This document shows, piece by piece, positions 1-12,310 of a stretch of DNA of 35,333 bases (its first letter is position 1; each line of letters opens with the position of its first letter). Location of the stretch: NCBI RefSeq assembly GCF_001194135.2, contig NC_068988.1, positions 19,676,351 to 19,711,683 of the forward strand, in the 5' to 3' direction. Under the pieces are notes generated by a model. That model searched no databases. It was not told where the DNA came from and was given only the letters and a program-made list of their open reading frames with translations. The DNA comes from Octopus bimaculoides (lineage: Eukaryota). The position numbers were made by a program, and so were the translations under genes.

Positions 1-1232
1 AAAGCCGGTCAGGTAGGCAGTGAAGTCTATCCTGCGTTCCGACCCACCGCTCGCACCGAACAGTCGAGCAAAGTGCTGTTGAAAGGCCCCACACATCCTT
101 TCGGGTTCGAGCAAACTACATCCCTGTTCATCGATTAGAGACCGAATGGTGACTCTGTTACCGCGTTGCGCCTCCGCCACCCGGGCTTCTCGCGCAGCTT
201 CGATCCCTTCGTTCCTTAAGGCGTTCCTTCGTGTTTGGCGTTGAGGTGTTGGTCGAGGGCCATCCTCGCAGCCAAAACGTTGGTTGCGCTGCCAGTTGTA
301 AGTGCCTCTTATAGTTTCTTAACTAAGTCTCCCTCTACTCTATTTCGATCTATCGCTATTTATTTACTAAACCTAATAGATTCCGATTTAATTGCCATTT
401 TCAGGGCAAACCACCAGCGGTTGTTAACGATGGCTCCTGTTAACGCCCTCTTAATTANNNNNNNNNNCGGTTGTTAACGATGGCTCCTGTTAACGCCCTC
501 TTAATTAATTCGCTAATCCGGTTCCTGTAAACCTGCCGCGCTAAGAGCGAAGCGTTCAGTTTCTTGTAACCGGGACTCTGCCTATGTGTCTTATCTAAGT
601 CGAGCGTACACGTCACAAACTTGTGATCTGTGTAGCTGACTATTTTAAATTGTGGACATCCTACACTATCTCTATCCGCTGTCCTACATAGAACTCTATC
701 TAGATATTATCTCGACGATCCGACGCGGTTTGTCCAAGTCCACGTTGGCACGTTCGGATGGTTGAGTCGGAACCTGTCAGACAAATGGAAACGTCTGAGC
801 AGGTCTTTGAGGCACTTACATCCCCTTCTACTCCTATCCACTCCCACATAGTCTATATGCGTGTCCAAGGTAGCGTTCCAGTCCCCTACTAACAGTAAAG
901 GTCGTGACGTTCCCAGGAAAACCTCTAGACGTCTAAGGAAATCCGCCCGACCCGTTAAGGACGGTGCATACACTGCCACCAGACGGAAAGCACACCAGTT
1001 TGTGCCATCGACGTCCAAGACAACCAGCCTACCCTCCGGGTCTAGGAATATTGGCCTTACTTTTAGGTTCAGACTCTTCCGAAAAAGCACCACGGTACCA
1101 CCACCACCCATGTTTGGCAGACAGGGTGAAAAATAAATGTCGAAATGTCCGCCAAACATGGACTTGAGGGCCCGTGGGTTACTGAGTCTGGTTTCACTGA
1201 TAGCTATGATTTCTATGTTCTGTGACTTGATG
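1..1232 (-). mobile_element. L1/Tx1-clade non-LTR retrotransposon, degenerate ORF2 (APE endonuclease plus linker), continuing past the window start
   Basis: Manual minus-strand translation gives IEIIAISETRL (about 1215-1183), DPEGRLVVL, VYAP, GDWN, TWTWTN, SSR*YLDRV (in-frame TAA at 707-709), TDHKFV and GYKKLNASLL. These match L1-type APE motifs and the post-endonuclease W/Y-K-L-N-x-S-L-L block. Further stops occur below 420. Confidence 0.9.
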
Positions 1233-1264
<32 letters not shown>

Positions 1265-1265
1265 G

Positions 1266-1328
<63 letters not shown>
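1233..1328. repeat. (AGAT)n microsatellite
   Basis: About 24 AGAT units with one interruption, read directly. Confidence 0.97.
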
Positions 1329-3825
1329 TCAAATACAGACAGACAAATAAACAGGTAGGTAGCCCGATAGATTACTCTTCAAAATACTTGAATTCTATTT
1401 TCTTTGGAATTCCCTGAAAGTATTTTTTCTTTAGTTAATACAGCAATATATTATGGCGTAATGGCTATCCGTGAGCCAAATGTTGCTTCGTTGTTAATCA
1501 TTCGATCGTGTATGTTTCGAAGAACAGTCATAGTTTGTTTGACTTATACTGCTGTTCAAATAATTGAAAATTTATTACTTTTTCTTATTACAAATATCTT
1601 TTAAAGATGAGTTTTCGCACATGAACCGATTACTGAAACTTAATAGTATAAATTCTATTTGTTTTCTCACTTATTCATATGTTTAATAAGTTATTAAGTT
1701 TATTGAATTTCCAGAAGGCTTCAAGTTCTCACCTGTTATATTGCACATTCTCTTCATTCTGTGATTCTAATCTTCACTACTTTTGTAAACTTGGAAATCT
1801 TATTGATATAGTGTGTTTAGTGATTGTATCTATGTCAGTTTTACTTTAAAATTAAAGTTGTTTGGTGTTTAATTGAATCACTTTTATTTTTGAATATACG
1901 TAACTGTCCTCTACTCAAGTTGCTCATGTCTGCAATCTATAGTTTTGCTTTTAATGTGCAAATGACGTAAATTAAAATCTATAAAAAGTAGCAGTCATTT
2001 TACACAAATCAATTAGGCAATGTTTTGTTGTAGCTAAAATCTTACTCTCTGAAGAATAGAAAAGAAACTTTTGCATAGAGAACATTATGACAACGATATT
2101 TGTTTGATTAGAAGATTCATCATCATGTCAAAATCAATCATTATGTTGTCAACTTCATTTTTGTTCATTCGTTCGTTCGGTGATTTATTTGACCGGTGCC
2201 ATACTACACAGAATAGTCCTATGTTCAAATGCATTCCTGTTTTGTCTACTTCTCCTTATGTGTATCAAAAACTATATCATTTAATTTTCTTTAATAATAT
2301 TTTACAATGAATGACTGCGATTTCAGGGATGTTTCAGTTGTATTCCCCAGGATCTCGAGGATGAACCTAAGGAATCCTTATACGTATGTCTTTTTATGCG
2401 GTAACAGTTTCTTTAAAGAGTTTTTAGCTTTTAACAATCAGAACAACTTCACTTTTAATTCTAATAGCTTTGTTTTACATTTTAATGACTTCACCAGAAT
2501 TGCCCATGATACCATTAAAGGCCTCCACGATATGTGGGCCTTGAGAGACGTTCATGTATTTGAAACTATATCGATTTCTGCATAATGCATTTTTTTGTTA
2601 AATATTCAATAACTGCTTGAAATCATTGGTACTTTTGTCTAAATATGTTTGCTGTCGCCAATTATATTCATTTTCACTGTTGTTGCATTTCACAATTGTT
2701 GCATTTCATCAGCTGTTACCAGTTTCATTTATTATCAGAACTGCGGTTAATTATTTTAGTTTCGAATGCTATTTCATTTTTCGTCAATTTCATCTGTATT
2801 TTGTTAGATAATGTATTACTCGTAAATGTTTATGTAACTGTATTCATCAAAGTCTATTATCTACAAGCCTGCTGTAGCATCTATTTAACCACTACAACTT
2901 CCTTTGTTGCACTTTCAGTTGTTGATGATGAAATTGTTGTTACTATTGTTGTTCTGATGTTGCTGCTCTTGTTGATGACCGTGTTGTCGCTACTGTTGCT
3001 TTACGGATGCTATTACAAGAATTCTCCATGAATTAGATATAAAACATAACTATATAAATAGCAAGTAAATTAGGAAGCGGCATTCATCGAGTTATTGCAT
3101 TAAAATTCTTTCATGTTAACTGTCTTCTCAGGTAATAATTACACACAGAAATCATCCCCAAACCAAAAATCTTGTCCAAATGTTTCCCAGAGTGTAGAAT
3201 CCACTAATAGGGCCTCACTCAAAACCTAGGTTGTGGTGTTAAACTGGGCGATGCATTAAGCCCCGAGTTTAAAGTAATAGAAATACCATAGATCATTCCA
3301 TTTATCTTCTATTTGTCAATTTAGTGAGCCACATTTCCAAAGACAGCATTGTTTATTTTCCTTAATCTTCGTTTCACTATTACTTTACGTATTTAAAGAT
3401 ATCTAATGTGTGTATCTGTCGGGAGATTCTTCTCTACCTTATTTGTGCGTTAATGTTCTTTGCCTTCTAATAACCTAAGCATTTCCCATTTTCCCATTTA
3501 TTTATTCATTCAATTCAGTTCGCATTTATTTATTGATTTCTTTCTGTGTTTCTTTCTTTATTATTCATGTTCTTCATGCCATTACATTTTTGCTTTGCTT
3601 TGTTTCCCCAAGTATTTCCGATTCATCTACCGTTCATTATTTTAACCATTTTTCTTCGAAATGCTAAACACTAAACTGCTGCGTTTTATCATTTATGTCA
3701 AAGGAAATTATACTATAACAGGATCAATATTCCAATGAAATTCACAAAAAAAGAATTACAACAATCATATCGATGACAACATTCTTTAAAATTGCGACAG
3801 CGATGATTGAAGAACAGGATTATCG

Positions 3826-3830
3826 TTCTT

Positions 3831-3908
<78 letters not shown>

Positions 3909-3915
3909 GTCATCC

Positions 3916-3997
<82 letters not shown>

Positions 3998-4016
3998 TAT
4001 TATTATTATTATTATT
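3826..4016. repeat. Compound trinucleotide microsatellite (TTC)n-(ATT)n-(CAT)n-(ATT)n
   Basis: TTC 3826-3860, ATT 3861-3908, CAT 3911-3997, ATT 3996-4016. Confidence 0.97.
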
Positions 4017-4290
4017 GTTCAGTAGTTTTATTTATATAATGTGCTGTCACTTCACTACCGAGCGTAGCTCTGTGCGCCTTGGGTATGTGCTGTGGTTTGC
4101 TGTGGTGCTCTTATGGTTACTGTATTGAAAGTGTTTTGCGTAGGATGTGTGCAGTACCCAGTAGTGCAATTTTCTGTATGTTATATATATTTGTAAGTCC
4201 TGGTGTTTTTGTTATGTATTTGTCTGAATATTTTTTTTATTATACCTAAGGCACCTACTATGATAGGAATTGTTTCTGTTTTTAGATTTT
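4017..4290 (-). mobile_element. R4/Dong-like (RLE-type) non-LTR retrotransposon, 5'-truncated 3' end (lineage 2)
   Basis: Minus strand reads NLKTETIPIIVGALGIIKK, then a 1-nt frameshift in the T8 run at 4231-4238, then YSDKYITKTPGLTNIYNIQKIALLGTAHILRKTLSIQ* (stop 4117-4119). A 3' UTR of about 100 bp follows and ends CTACTGAAC directly into (AAT)n. The C-terminus matches the other RLE fragments in the window. Confidence 0.8.
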
Positions 4291-4335
4291 CCTGATGTAT
4301 TTTTCCTTTCAATTGTTCTATTTCTATTTCTGATA

Positions 4336-4338
<3 letters not shown>

Positions 4339-4408
<70 letters not shown>

Positions 4409-4426
4409 GTTATTGTTATTATTATT
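4339..4426. repeat. (ATT)n microsatellite
   Basis: About 29 units, read directly. Confidence 0.95.
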
Positions 4427-4630
4427 AAGACGTTGAGCTGGCTAGCACGCCGGGCGAAATGCTTAGCAGTATTTCGCCTGCTGCTACATTCTGAATTCAA
4501 ATCCCGCCGTGGTCGTCGTTGCCTTTCATCCTTTCGGAGTCGATAGATTTAGCACCAGTCAAGCACTGGGTCGACTTGTCCTCTACCTAATAAAAATGGC
4601 TGGCTTTGTGGCAAAATTTGAAACCATTAC
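4427..4630 (+). mobile_element. tRNA-derived SINE family A, tail type A3
   Basis: Shares GAGCTGG..TAGCACGCCGGGCGAAATGCTTAGC..GAATTCAAATCCCGCC..GCCTTTCATCCTTTCGG with about a dozen other copies; ends GGCAAAATTTGAAACCATT. Confidence 0.85.
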
Positions 4631-4672
4631 AACTACTACCAAATAACAACAATTACTACTAATACTACTACT

Positions 4673-4858
4673 ACGGTGGTGCAGTAGCAGTATCATCACT
4701 GCACCGGACAGTATACTTAGATGCATTTCATCTGACTTTAGGTTCTGAGTTCAAATTTCACTGATGTCGACTCTGCCTTTCATCCTTTAGGGATCGATAG
4801 CATAAATATCAGTTAGGCAATGAGTCGAAATTGCTGACCTCCTGCCAAAATTTGAAGC

Positions 4859-4862
<4 letters not shown>
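4673..4862 (+). mobile_element. SINE family A, diverged copy, tail type A3
   Basis: GTTCTGAGTTCAAATT..GTCGACTCTGCCTTTCATCCTTT..GCCAAAATTTGAAGCC, followed by (ATT)n. Confidence 0.75.
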
Positions 4863-4918
<56 letters not shown>

Positions 4919-4995
4919 CATTAGTATTATTATTATTATCTTCTCTATATATCTATAAAAACTTCTGTTGAGTTACTTCAGTCCTACATATTATA

Positions 4996-5049
<54 letters not shown>

Positions 5050-5083
5050 CATTATTATTTTGTAGTAGTATTAGTAGTAGTAT

Positions 5084-5127
<44 letters not shown>
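4860..5127. repeat. (ATT)n, short spacer, (ATT)n, (AGT)n compound microsatellite
   Basis: ATT runs at 4860-4939 and 4999-5059; AGT run about 5063-5127. Confidence 0.92.
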
Positions 5128-5128
<1 letters not shown>

Positions 5129-7859
5129 AAGCAGCAGCTATAACTGCGGCATCACTAACAACAGCGGCAGTAGTAATTTGAAGACCTACGAAAAGTAAAG
5201 AAAAAATTGCTGTTGCAACAATTGTATGCAGGCTTCACCTAAAAAGACAGCAGACAGGAAGAAAGTTTTATGCAATAATAGTAGTAATGCCGTTGCCTAA
5301 TTTCCCCCTTTTACGTAGCATTGTTTCATAATTAATTCTTTTAGAATTCTCGTATGAAACAACACTGCAGCAACAACTTCTACGCTACCAACAAGAGAAA
5401 AAATAATCGTCAAACATAGCAACATTGCAACATCGAATGCGCCATCTTCTGCAACAAAAAAGTTCAACGGTAGAAGAGGTACTGATTGAATGGGTACCAG
5501 AAGCGGATTCGTCGTCAATAGAAATAGATGAACGCAATTACCTAAACGGATACAAAGAATATAACATCATCTAACAAAATACAAACAGGAAAGATTACAG
5601 ACAAAAAAAAGTAAGAAATAAGAAAATAAATAGCCAAAGAAAGGGAAATTAATGGGAGTTGTGATAAAAAAAAAAGTAGAGGGAGACAGCGACTGTAAAT
5701 GCAGAAGCGGCAACAGCGCCAATAGCATTGACAGTAATAAATGAAAACAGCAACAAAAACAACTAACTTTAAAGCAATTATGGGACTCTTGAAGCAACAA
5801 CAAAATGTAGTAGATATAGCTTCATCAACATGAGCAACTACTACTGTATCGCTAATATGAAAAAGCAATAATAAGTGGTACGGGAATAGGATTAAAGATG
5901 CTTATAGCAATTACCCGAAATGAAATCCAATCTAATGATGAGAAAAACGGCAATAGTAAGAGCAATAAGAAGTGTAACAGCTACAAGAACTGCAGTTAGA
6001 AGAGCCAGTATTAGTGTAATAACAGCAACAGCGGTGAGAGTGGTGTAATAAAGGTGGTTGAGCATTGATATGTTAAGAGTACAAATAAGTAATACTTGAA
6101 GTAGAAGCAATTTTTAAAGTAATGGCTTTAAAGGGAAGATGACATATGAGTGAAATGAAGTGATAAATATATTTATATTGTAGAGATGGAAAACGGGGAA
6201 GGGGGAGAAAGAGACACAGCGGGTTATTTAAAGTGGGAGTGCGAGAGAGGAAAAATGAAAGATATAGGCGTAGGTATAGCAGTATAGCAAAAGAGGAGAG
6301 AGGGTGGGGAGAGTGACAGAGAGAGAGAGAGTTACATAGAGGAATGCAGAAATTACACGCAAGTATAACCTGAATGAAATAAATAATTTCAATAGGAATG
6401 TGAAGAAGTTAAACGAGACAAGAAAATAAGATCGAAGGAATTTATGAATGAAGGCGATAGAAAAAGGCATATTGAGCAGTATAGTTAATTCAGCTGTTTA
6501 AATATGATAATGGTTAAAATGATGCCATTATGCTACTGAGCTGTGAGAGTATTAGTAATGCTGAGTTTATATAACTGCCTATTTGCCGGCGTAACTATTT
6601 TTACTGAATCCCTACAATCTTAAAATATATAGATGATTCACACGGGTATGGATATATTAACTCATGGAAATACACAAGTATACTCGTATGAACATATATA
6701 TATATATATATATANNNNNNNNNNNNNNNNNNNNNNNNNNNNNNNNNNNNNNNNNNNNNNNNNNNNNNNNNNNNNNNNNNNNNNNNNNNNNNNNNNNNNN
6801 NNNNNNNNNNNNNNNNNNNNNNNNNNNNNNNNNNNNNNNNNNNNNNNNNNNNNNNNNNNNNNNNNNNNNNNNNNNNNNNNNNNNNNNNNNNNNNNNNNNN
6901 NNNNNNNNNNNNNNNNNNNNNNNNNNNNNNNNNNNNNNNNNNNNNNNNNNNNNNNNNNNNNNNNNNNNNNNNNNNNNNNNNNNNNNNNNTATATGTTAGA
7001 GGTAATACTTGACAATTGTAAGCACCTGTGTATGCCAGCTCGTGGTTGAGGTGAAAGAATATATTGTAAATGCAAAAATAAAAACAAAACACAAAGGATT
7101 CTGCGGTACACGTGTTTCAAGCTTTATAGTTGTTACATCAGTGTATAATTGACAGTATAAAGCTATCTTCAGCCGCAAATGTATTCTCTCCCAAGTATTA
7201 TATCGCATAGACGTTAAAGGAGGAAGAAAGATGAGATATAAAAGGTGAGGTTCCGTTTGGTATTTTGCATTGTAATATACCTCGTAGAATTCTTAATTTG
7301 ATATATTTATACATAATTTCCTCGGTACTCCGGAATCCGTCCATACCTTGCCACAGTTTTGTTATGATCAGACAAATTCTAACGTAAAAGAAAGGGGTAA
7401 ATTTCTGATCGCAACAACAGAAATTGTTCAAACAGGGAAATTAATGTTCGAAAATTGAGATTATATCCAGTCCTCAATTGTTTAAAGGTAGGTGGTGAAC
7501 GGTCCGACCAGTATGCAGCTCCGTTTCCCGTTTTGGTACTATCTACGCCAAGCTCCAGCTGTCTAATCAAGTCCCGTTTTTAACAGGAAGTACGAGATGA
7601 CCTGCCTTGCTCGTTAGCAGGGAGCCAACGAGATTACCTGTCTCTTTCCATGTTAACTTCCTGTGTATATATTTGTTATCCATTTCACATCTGCCAAAAG
7701 ACCGTTGACAAACGTTTATCACGCCACCTTCGGAAAATATTGTAAGTTCTCAACCTTCATTATATTATAGGTATACATAACAATATATATATNNNNNNNN
7801 NNNNNNNNNNNNNNNNNNNNNNNNNNNNNNNNNNNNNNNNNNNNNNNNNNNNNNNNNNN

Positions 7860-7895
<36 letters not shown>

Positions 7896-9528
7896 TATAC
7901 ATACATATGTGTGTATGTACTAGTGTGTGTTGAACGCGTTGTGGGAAGTCAAATATTCGGATATTCAGATGCATGTACTTACTGCTTATAAGAAGGCAAC
8001 ATGCTATATTATGTGAAAGGTGCGGTTAAATTCCATACGAACATTTCTACATAAGTATCTGTATATAACGTACTTAGGGATTATACGTAAAAGTAACAAG
8101 ATGTGCAGCGCTTCTGCAAGAAACATCCGCATTGCACTGTGGTAGTTCTATATATCTGCGTGGACATAATTGTGGAATTGGATGAAATTGGAATTTTCTA
8201 AAAATAAAAAAAAAATTTAATGAATTTATGAATTATGCGTAAAATCCAGGCCTAAACGTTTGGGATTTATGCCAAGACAAAAGCGTTAGTGGGTCATCAA
8301 ACACAATTTTCTGAACTCACTGTTTACAGGAAGCATCTTGTACATAATTTATTCCATTGTAGTACCTATCCGCACGCCTACATTAGGCCTTCTAAACTGA
8401 TCACTGCAAGAGCTCACCAAGATAGTTATATGAACACTCAAGGTACTCACTGGACATATATGAATGCTGAGAATCAGTGTGTTTTTTCTTTATATCAAAC
8501 AATTTTCAATAGGGAAGAAATTTGTTCAAGCATATGCTTGTATTTTACAAGCAAACGAGGCCAATTATGACCCAGTGTCTGAACAGAACGCGAATAAGCA
8601 GAAACATTTTATTGCAGTATTGTGGCACGTATATGCATGTATATACACATATACATAGGCGATGGCGGATGACTATCTCCCGCTAGTGATGTAAACAAGA
8701 GTGCTTATATTCACCGCTAGTCCACATGAGAGGTTCTCTTATAGTAAATATCGCAACATTCAGTTTTCTTTGAAGTGGTGATAATTATTATCTTTTCGTA
8801 TTAATACTGCTTCAGTCGCTATTAATTTTAACTATGTATGTATACTGAAGTAGTTAAACGCAAACTGGTATAAAATTTATCTGGGTGTATTTATATGAGC
8901 ACCTGCCAACAAGCATCTCAATAAACTTTCTTAACAGTTCACTATTATGTTATATAAAATCAGACTTATATGAAATCGGCATAGATTTTTCTGTCGTGTG
9001 AAGATTAAAGATATTAGAGATGAATTCTTGAAGATGAAATCCACGAAGCACTCAGATGAAAATTAATCCACTATCTGTCCTGTGTTACTTTAAGAAGCTT
9101 TTTGCTACGCAAATCACTTTATGTACTTTTCGATTTGATGCGTATGCCTCAATAGAAAACTAGCCATTGGAATTCCTCTAATAAATTTTGGATACGAATT
9201 TAAAAACCAATATTGCATCAAAGTTTGTGAATGTGTTACATTATATTACTGGAAATAAAATTGTAATATTTCCTAACATCATACGGATTACATAACGTAG
9301 ACAAGTCTACTTTCCCGTAATACAAAAGAACACTGCAATAGATTAAATGTGTTTGGCTTTGATTCACTTCACAATAGAATACATTGCTGATGGAAATATA
9401 TATATATTAGAAAACTGACCATCTTATATTTAATTGATGCGATAATTTTTAATGAAATGCTTTTATGACTAATCTATGTCAACTTAACAGTAGTTTTCAT
9501 AGTGTCATTAACTGAACTGTAGTTATAT

Positions 9529-9909
9529 GTTGTTGGGACTCCGTCGCTTACGGCGTCGAGGGTTCCAGTTGATCCGATCAACGGAACAGCCTGCTCGTGA
9601 AATTAACGTGCAAGTGGCTGAGCACTCCACAGACACGTGTACCCTTAACGTAGTTCTCGGGGATATTCAGCGTGACACAGTGTGACAAGGCTGACCCTTT
9701 GAATTACAGGCACAACAGAAACAGGAAGTAAGAGAGAAAGTTGTGGTGAAGGAGTACAGCAGAGTTCGCCACCACCCGCTGCCGGAGCCTCGTGGAGCTT
9801 TAAATGTTTTCGCTCAATAAACACACACAATGCCCGGTCTGGGAATCGAAACGGCGATCCTATGACCGCAAGTCCGCTGCCCTAAACACTGGGCCATTGC
9901 GCCTCCTCT
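9529..9909 (-). mobile_element. tRNA-derived SINE family B, full length, 11-bp TSD
   Basis: The tRNA-like head has A-box TGGCCCAGTG and B-box GTTTCGATTCC. The body matches the copies at 27176, 27936 and 34137, and the tail is (ACA)n. TSD TGTAGTTATAT at 9518-9528 and 9910-9920. Confidence 0.93.
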
Positions 9910-10110
9910 TGTAGTTATATACACCTCCAATAAGCAAATGTATTCTAGCAAGAACTTCTTCATATTTTATTCTTATGCTCTACTCATCGGACTTCATGCT
10001 AGAAAGTGACTTGTCAGGTTACAGTTGAGTTGTTTTAGATTTCTGCTTCTCATTTGACAGAGAAATTCTTGCTTAATCATTTCAAGTATAGTATTTCATC
10101 TTCATATTGG

Positions 10111-10389
10111 CTCTCTTCCCTACTCCCTCTGCCTTTCTTTCTTTCTTTCTTTTTCCCTCTTTCTCTCTCTTTCTCTCTTTCTTTCTTTCCATTTTCCTTT
10201 CGTCATTTCGTTGTTTGCCTTTCTTTCTTTCTTTTCTCTCTTTCTTTCTTTTCTCTCTTTCTTTCTTTCTTTTCTCTCTTTCTTTCTTTTCTCTTTTTCT
10301 TTCTTTTTTTCTTTTTCTTTCTTTTTTTCTTTTTCTTTCTGTCTTTATCTCTCTCTTACTTTCTGTTTTCTGTCTCTCATTCTTTCTTC

Positions 10390-10427
<38 letters not shown>

Positions 10428-10812
10428 ATCTGTATTTCTTTCTTCTCTATCTCATTCTTTCTTTCTTTCCTTCCTTTTCCTTTCTTCATTTCTTTCTTTG
10501 TCTTTCTTTCTTTCCTTCTTTCTATCTTTCTTTTTCTCTCTTTTTTCTTAATTTCTCGATTTCTTTTTTTCTTAATGTCTTCTTTTGTCTTTCTTTCTTT
10601 CATTCTTTCTTTCTTTCACTCTTTCTTTCTTTGATTCTTTCTTTCTGTCTCTTTTTTCTTTTTTCTCTTTCTTTCTTTATTTGTCTTTCTTTTTATGTTC
10701 TTTCTTTTCTCTTTCTCTCTCTCTTTTTCGTTCTTCATTTCTTTCTTAATATCTTTCTTTTGTCTTTCATTCATTCATTCATTCTTTCTTTCTTTCTTTG
10801 TCTTTCTCTTTC
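10111..10812. repeat. About 700-bp degenerate (CTTT)n/(CT)n polypyrimidine tract
   Basis: Plus strand is almost entirely C/T. It produces the F/L/S-rich and K/R/E-rich pseudo-ORFs. Confidence 0.95.
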
Positions 10813-11494
10813 GAAATATGCAACGTCAGATTCGTTAGCAATATTTAGCGATACGTATCCTCGATATAAGAATATAATTACAAGATGCATCGAGAAATAC
10901 AACTTGTAGCGTGGTGAAATTATCCCGCATACACTTGTACATTTAAATTTATAAATATCACAAGAAATATATCAATGGCGTAAGATAGAAGATATCACCG
11001 AATCGATATACTGCATATTCATTTCATAAGAGTGTGCAATTTTTATTCCTGCCGCAACAGGTTCTGAAATTCCAGACGATAACGTTAATAATCGTTATAA
11101 ATTCTTTTCTATGACTCATTCAGATACTTACATAGCTTACCATTTTGCAGGTGTGATACCGTCGATAAGAGACGATATTCTGATTCATCCCATTTTTTGT
11201 TGAATATGTATGAAAAGAGCTAAGAATCTCTATGGTACAAATTTTACATAATAGGAAAAGAAGCGCAGAGGAAAGCCAGCAAAAATTATCAAAGAAACGG
11301 TAGAAATCACATAAACTGAATACCCAATAAGTAAAATTCCTCTTGAATACAGGAAAACGAGTTTTCTTTTGTAGAATACACTTAAATATCGGAAAACTCC
11401 ATCAAAAAAAATCAATAAGGTAGGAAGCCTAGCAATAGTATTTTTAAAGCGTTAACATTTCTGATTTAAGTCACAATCTGCACATGCGCACATG

Positions 11495-11495
11495 C

Positions 11496-11541
<46 letters not shown>

Positions 11542-11583
11542 ACACACACACACACACNNNNNNNNNNCACACACACACACACA

Positions 11584-11621
<38 letters not shown>
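11495..11621. repeat. (CA)n microsatellite spanning a 10-N gap
   Basis: Read directly. Confidence 0.95.
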
Positions 11622-11624
<3 letters not shown>

Positions 11625-12310
11625 AAGCGCACATACGAATATACTTGGATATATATGCTTTTGTACGCGTGCAATTGTGTGTTGTGCTGAAAATCCAAAT
11701 CTGATCGTTTTAACATTTTATATCATGAATTTTCTCTGATGTAACCGTATGCACTCCAAGCAGTTTGTTGAATCCAGCTAAGTTCCTAAATCGGTCACCA
11801 ACTTTCTACTTTCGTCGTGTAAATGATGTTGGCTTACTTACAAGATCTTTGTAGCTGCTATGTTCAATATAATTCGATTTTTTTACCGTTGCTTACACAA
11901 GTCTTTCATTTTTATTATGATTAGTCTAGGTGTTTTCATTTTCATTGGGGTATACTACGGCTATTGCTTCCATTATTAATCTTTTAATTTCCGTAGGGCA
12001 TAGATATGATTAATTATCTAGCTTTCGTTTATGCTGTGCAATGTAGTGCGTTGCGACTGACTGGGCTGTTGATGCTTACTGAGTCGAAGAGAGAGGGTTA
12101 AACATGTAGAGGAGTCAATACACAATTGGCGTTTGCAACCGAATGTTTGGAATATATTGGTCTTTAAATGTTCTTTCTCGTGGTTATATATTTGTTGTGT
12201 CTTATTTAGTGAGTTTTCTCATCTTAGAATATACAGTGACGTATGAGCAGCGTGGATAAAGCAATTGACAAATGCCTCATCATATTCCTTTTAATTCTAT
12301 TAACTTTGAT

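Noticed and set aside
418-507. Exact 40-bp direct repeat (418-457 and 468-507) inside the LINE
   Set aside because: It flanks a 10-N gap, which is typical of an unmerged contig overlap rather than a biological duplication.
3713-4128. Poly-M/I/S/Y/H/L ORFs
   Set aside because: These are translations of trinucleotide microsatellites.
8289-8658. Overlapping 93-aa and 64-aa ORFs
   Set aside because: No recognisable domain, and the length is compatible with chance.
10054-10909. Long F/L/S-rich and K/R/E-rich ORFs up to 232 aa
   Set aside because: A stop-free by-product of a C/T-only tract.
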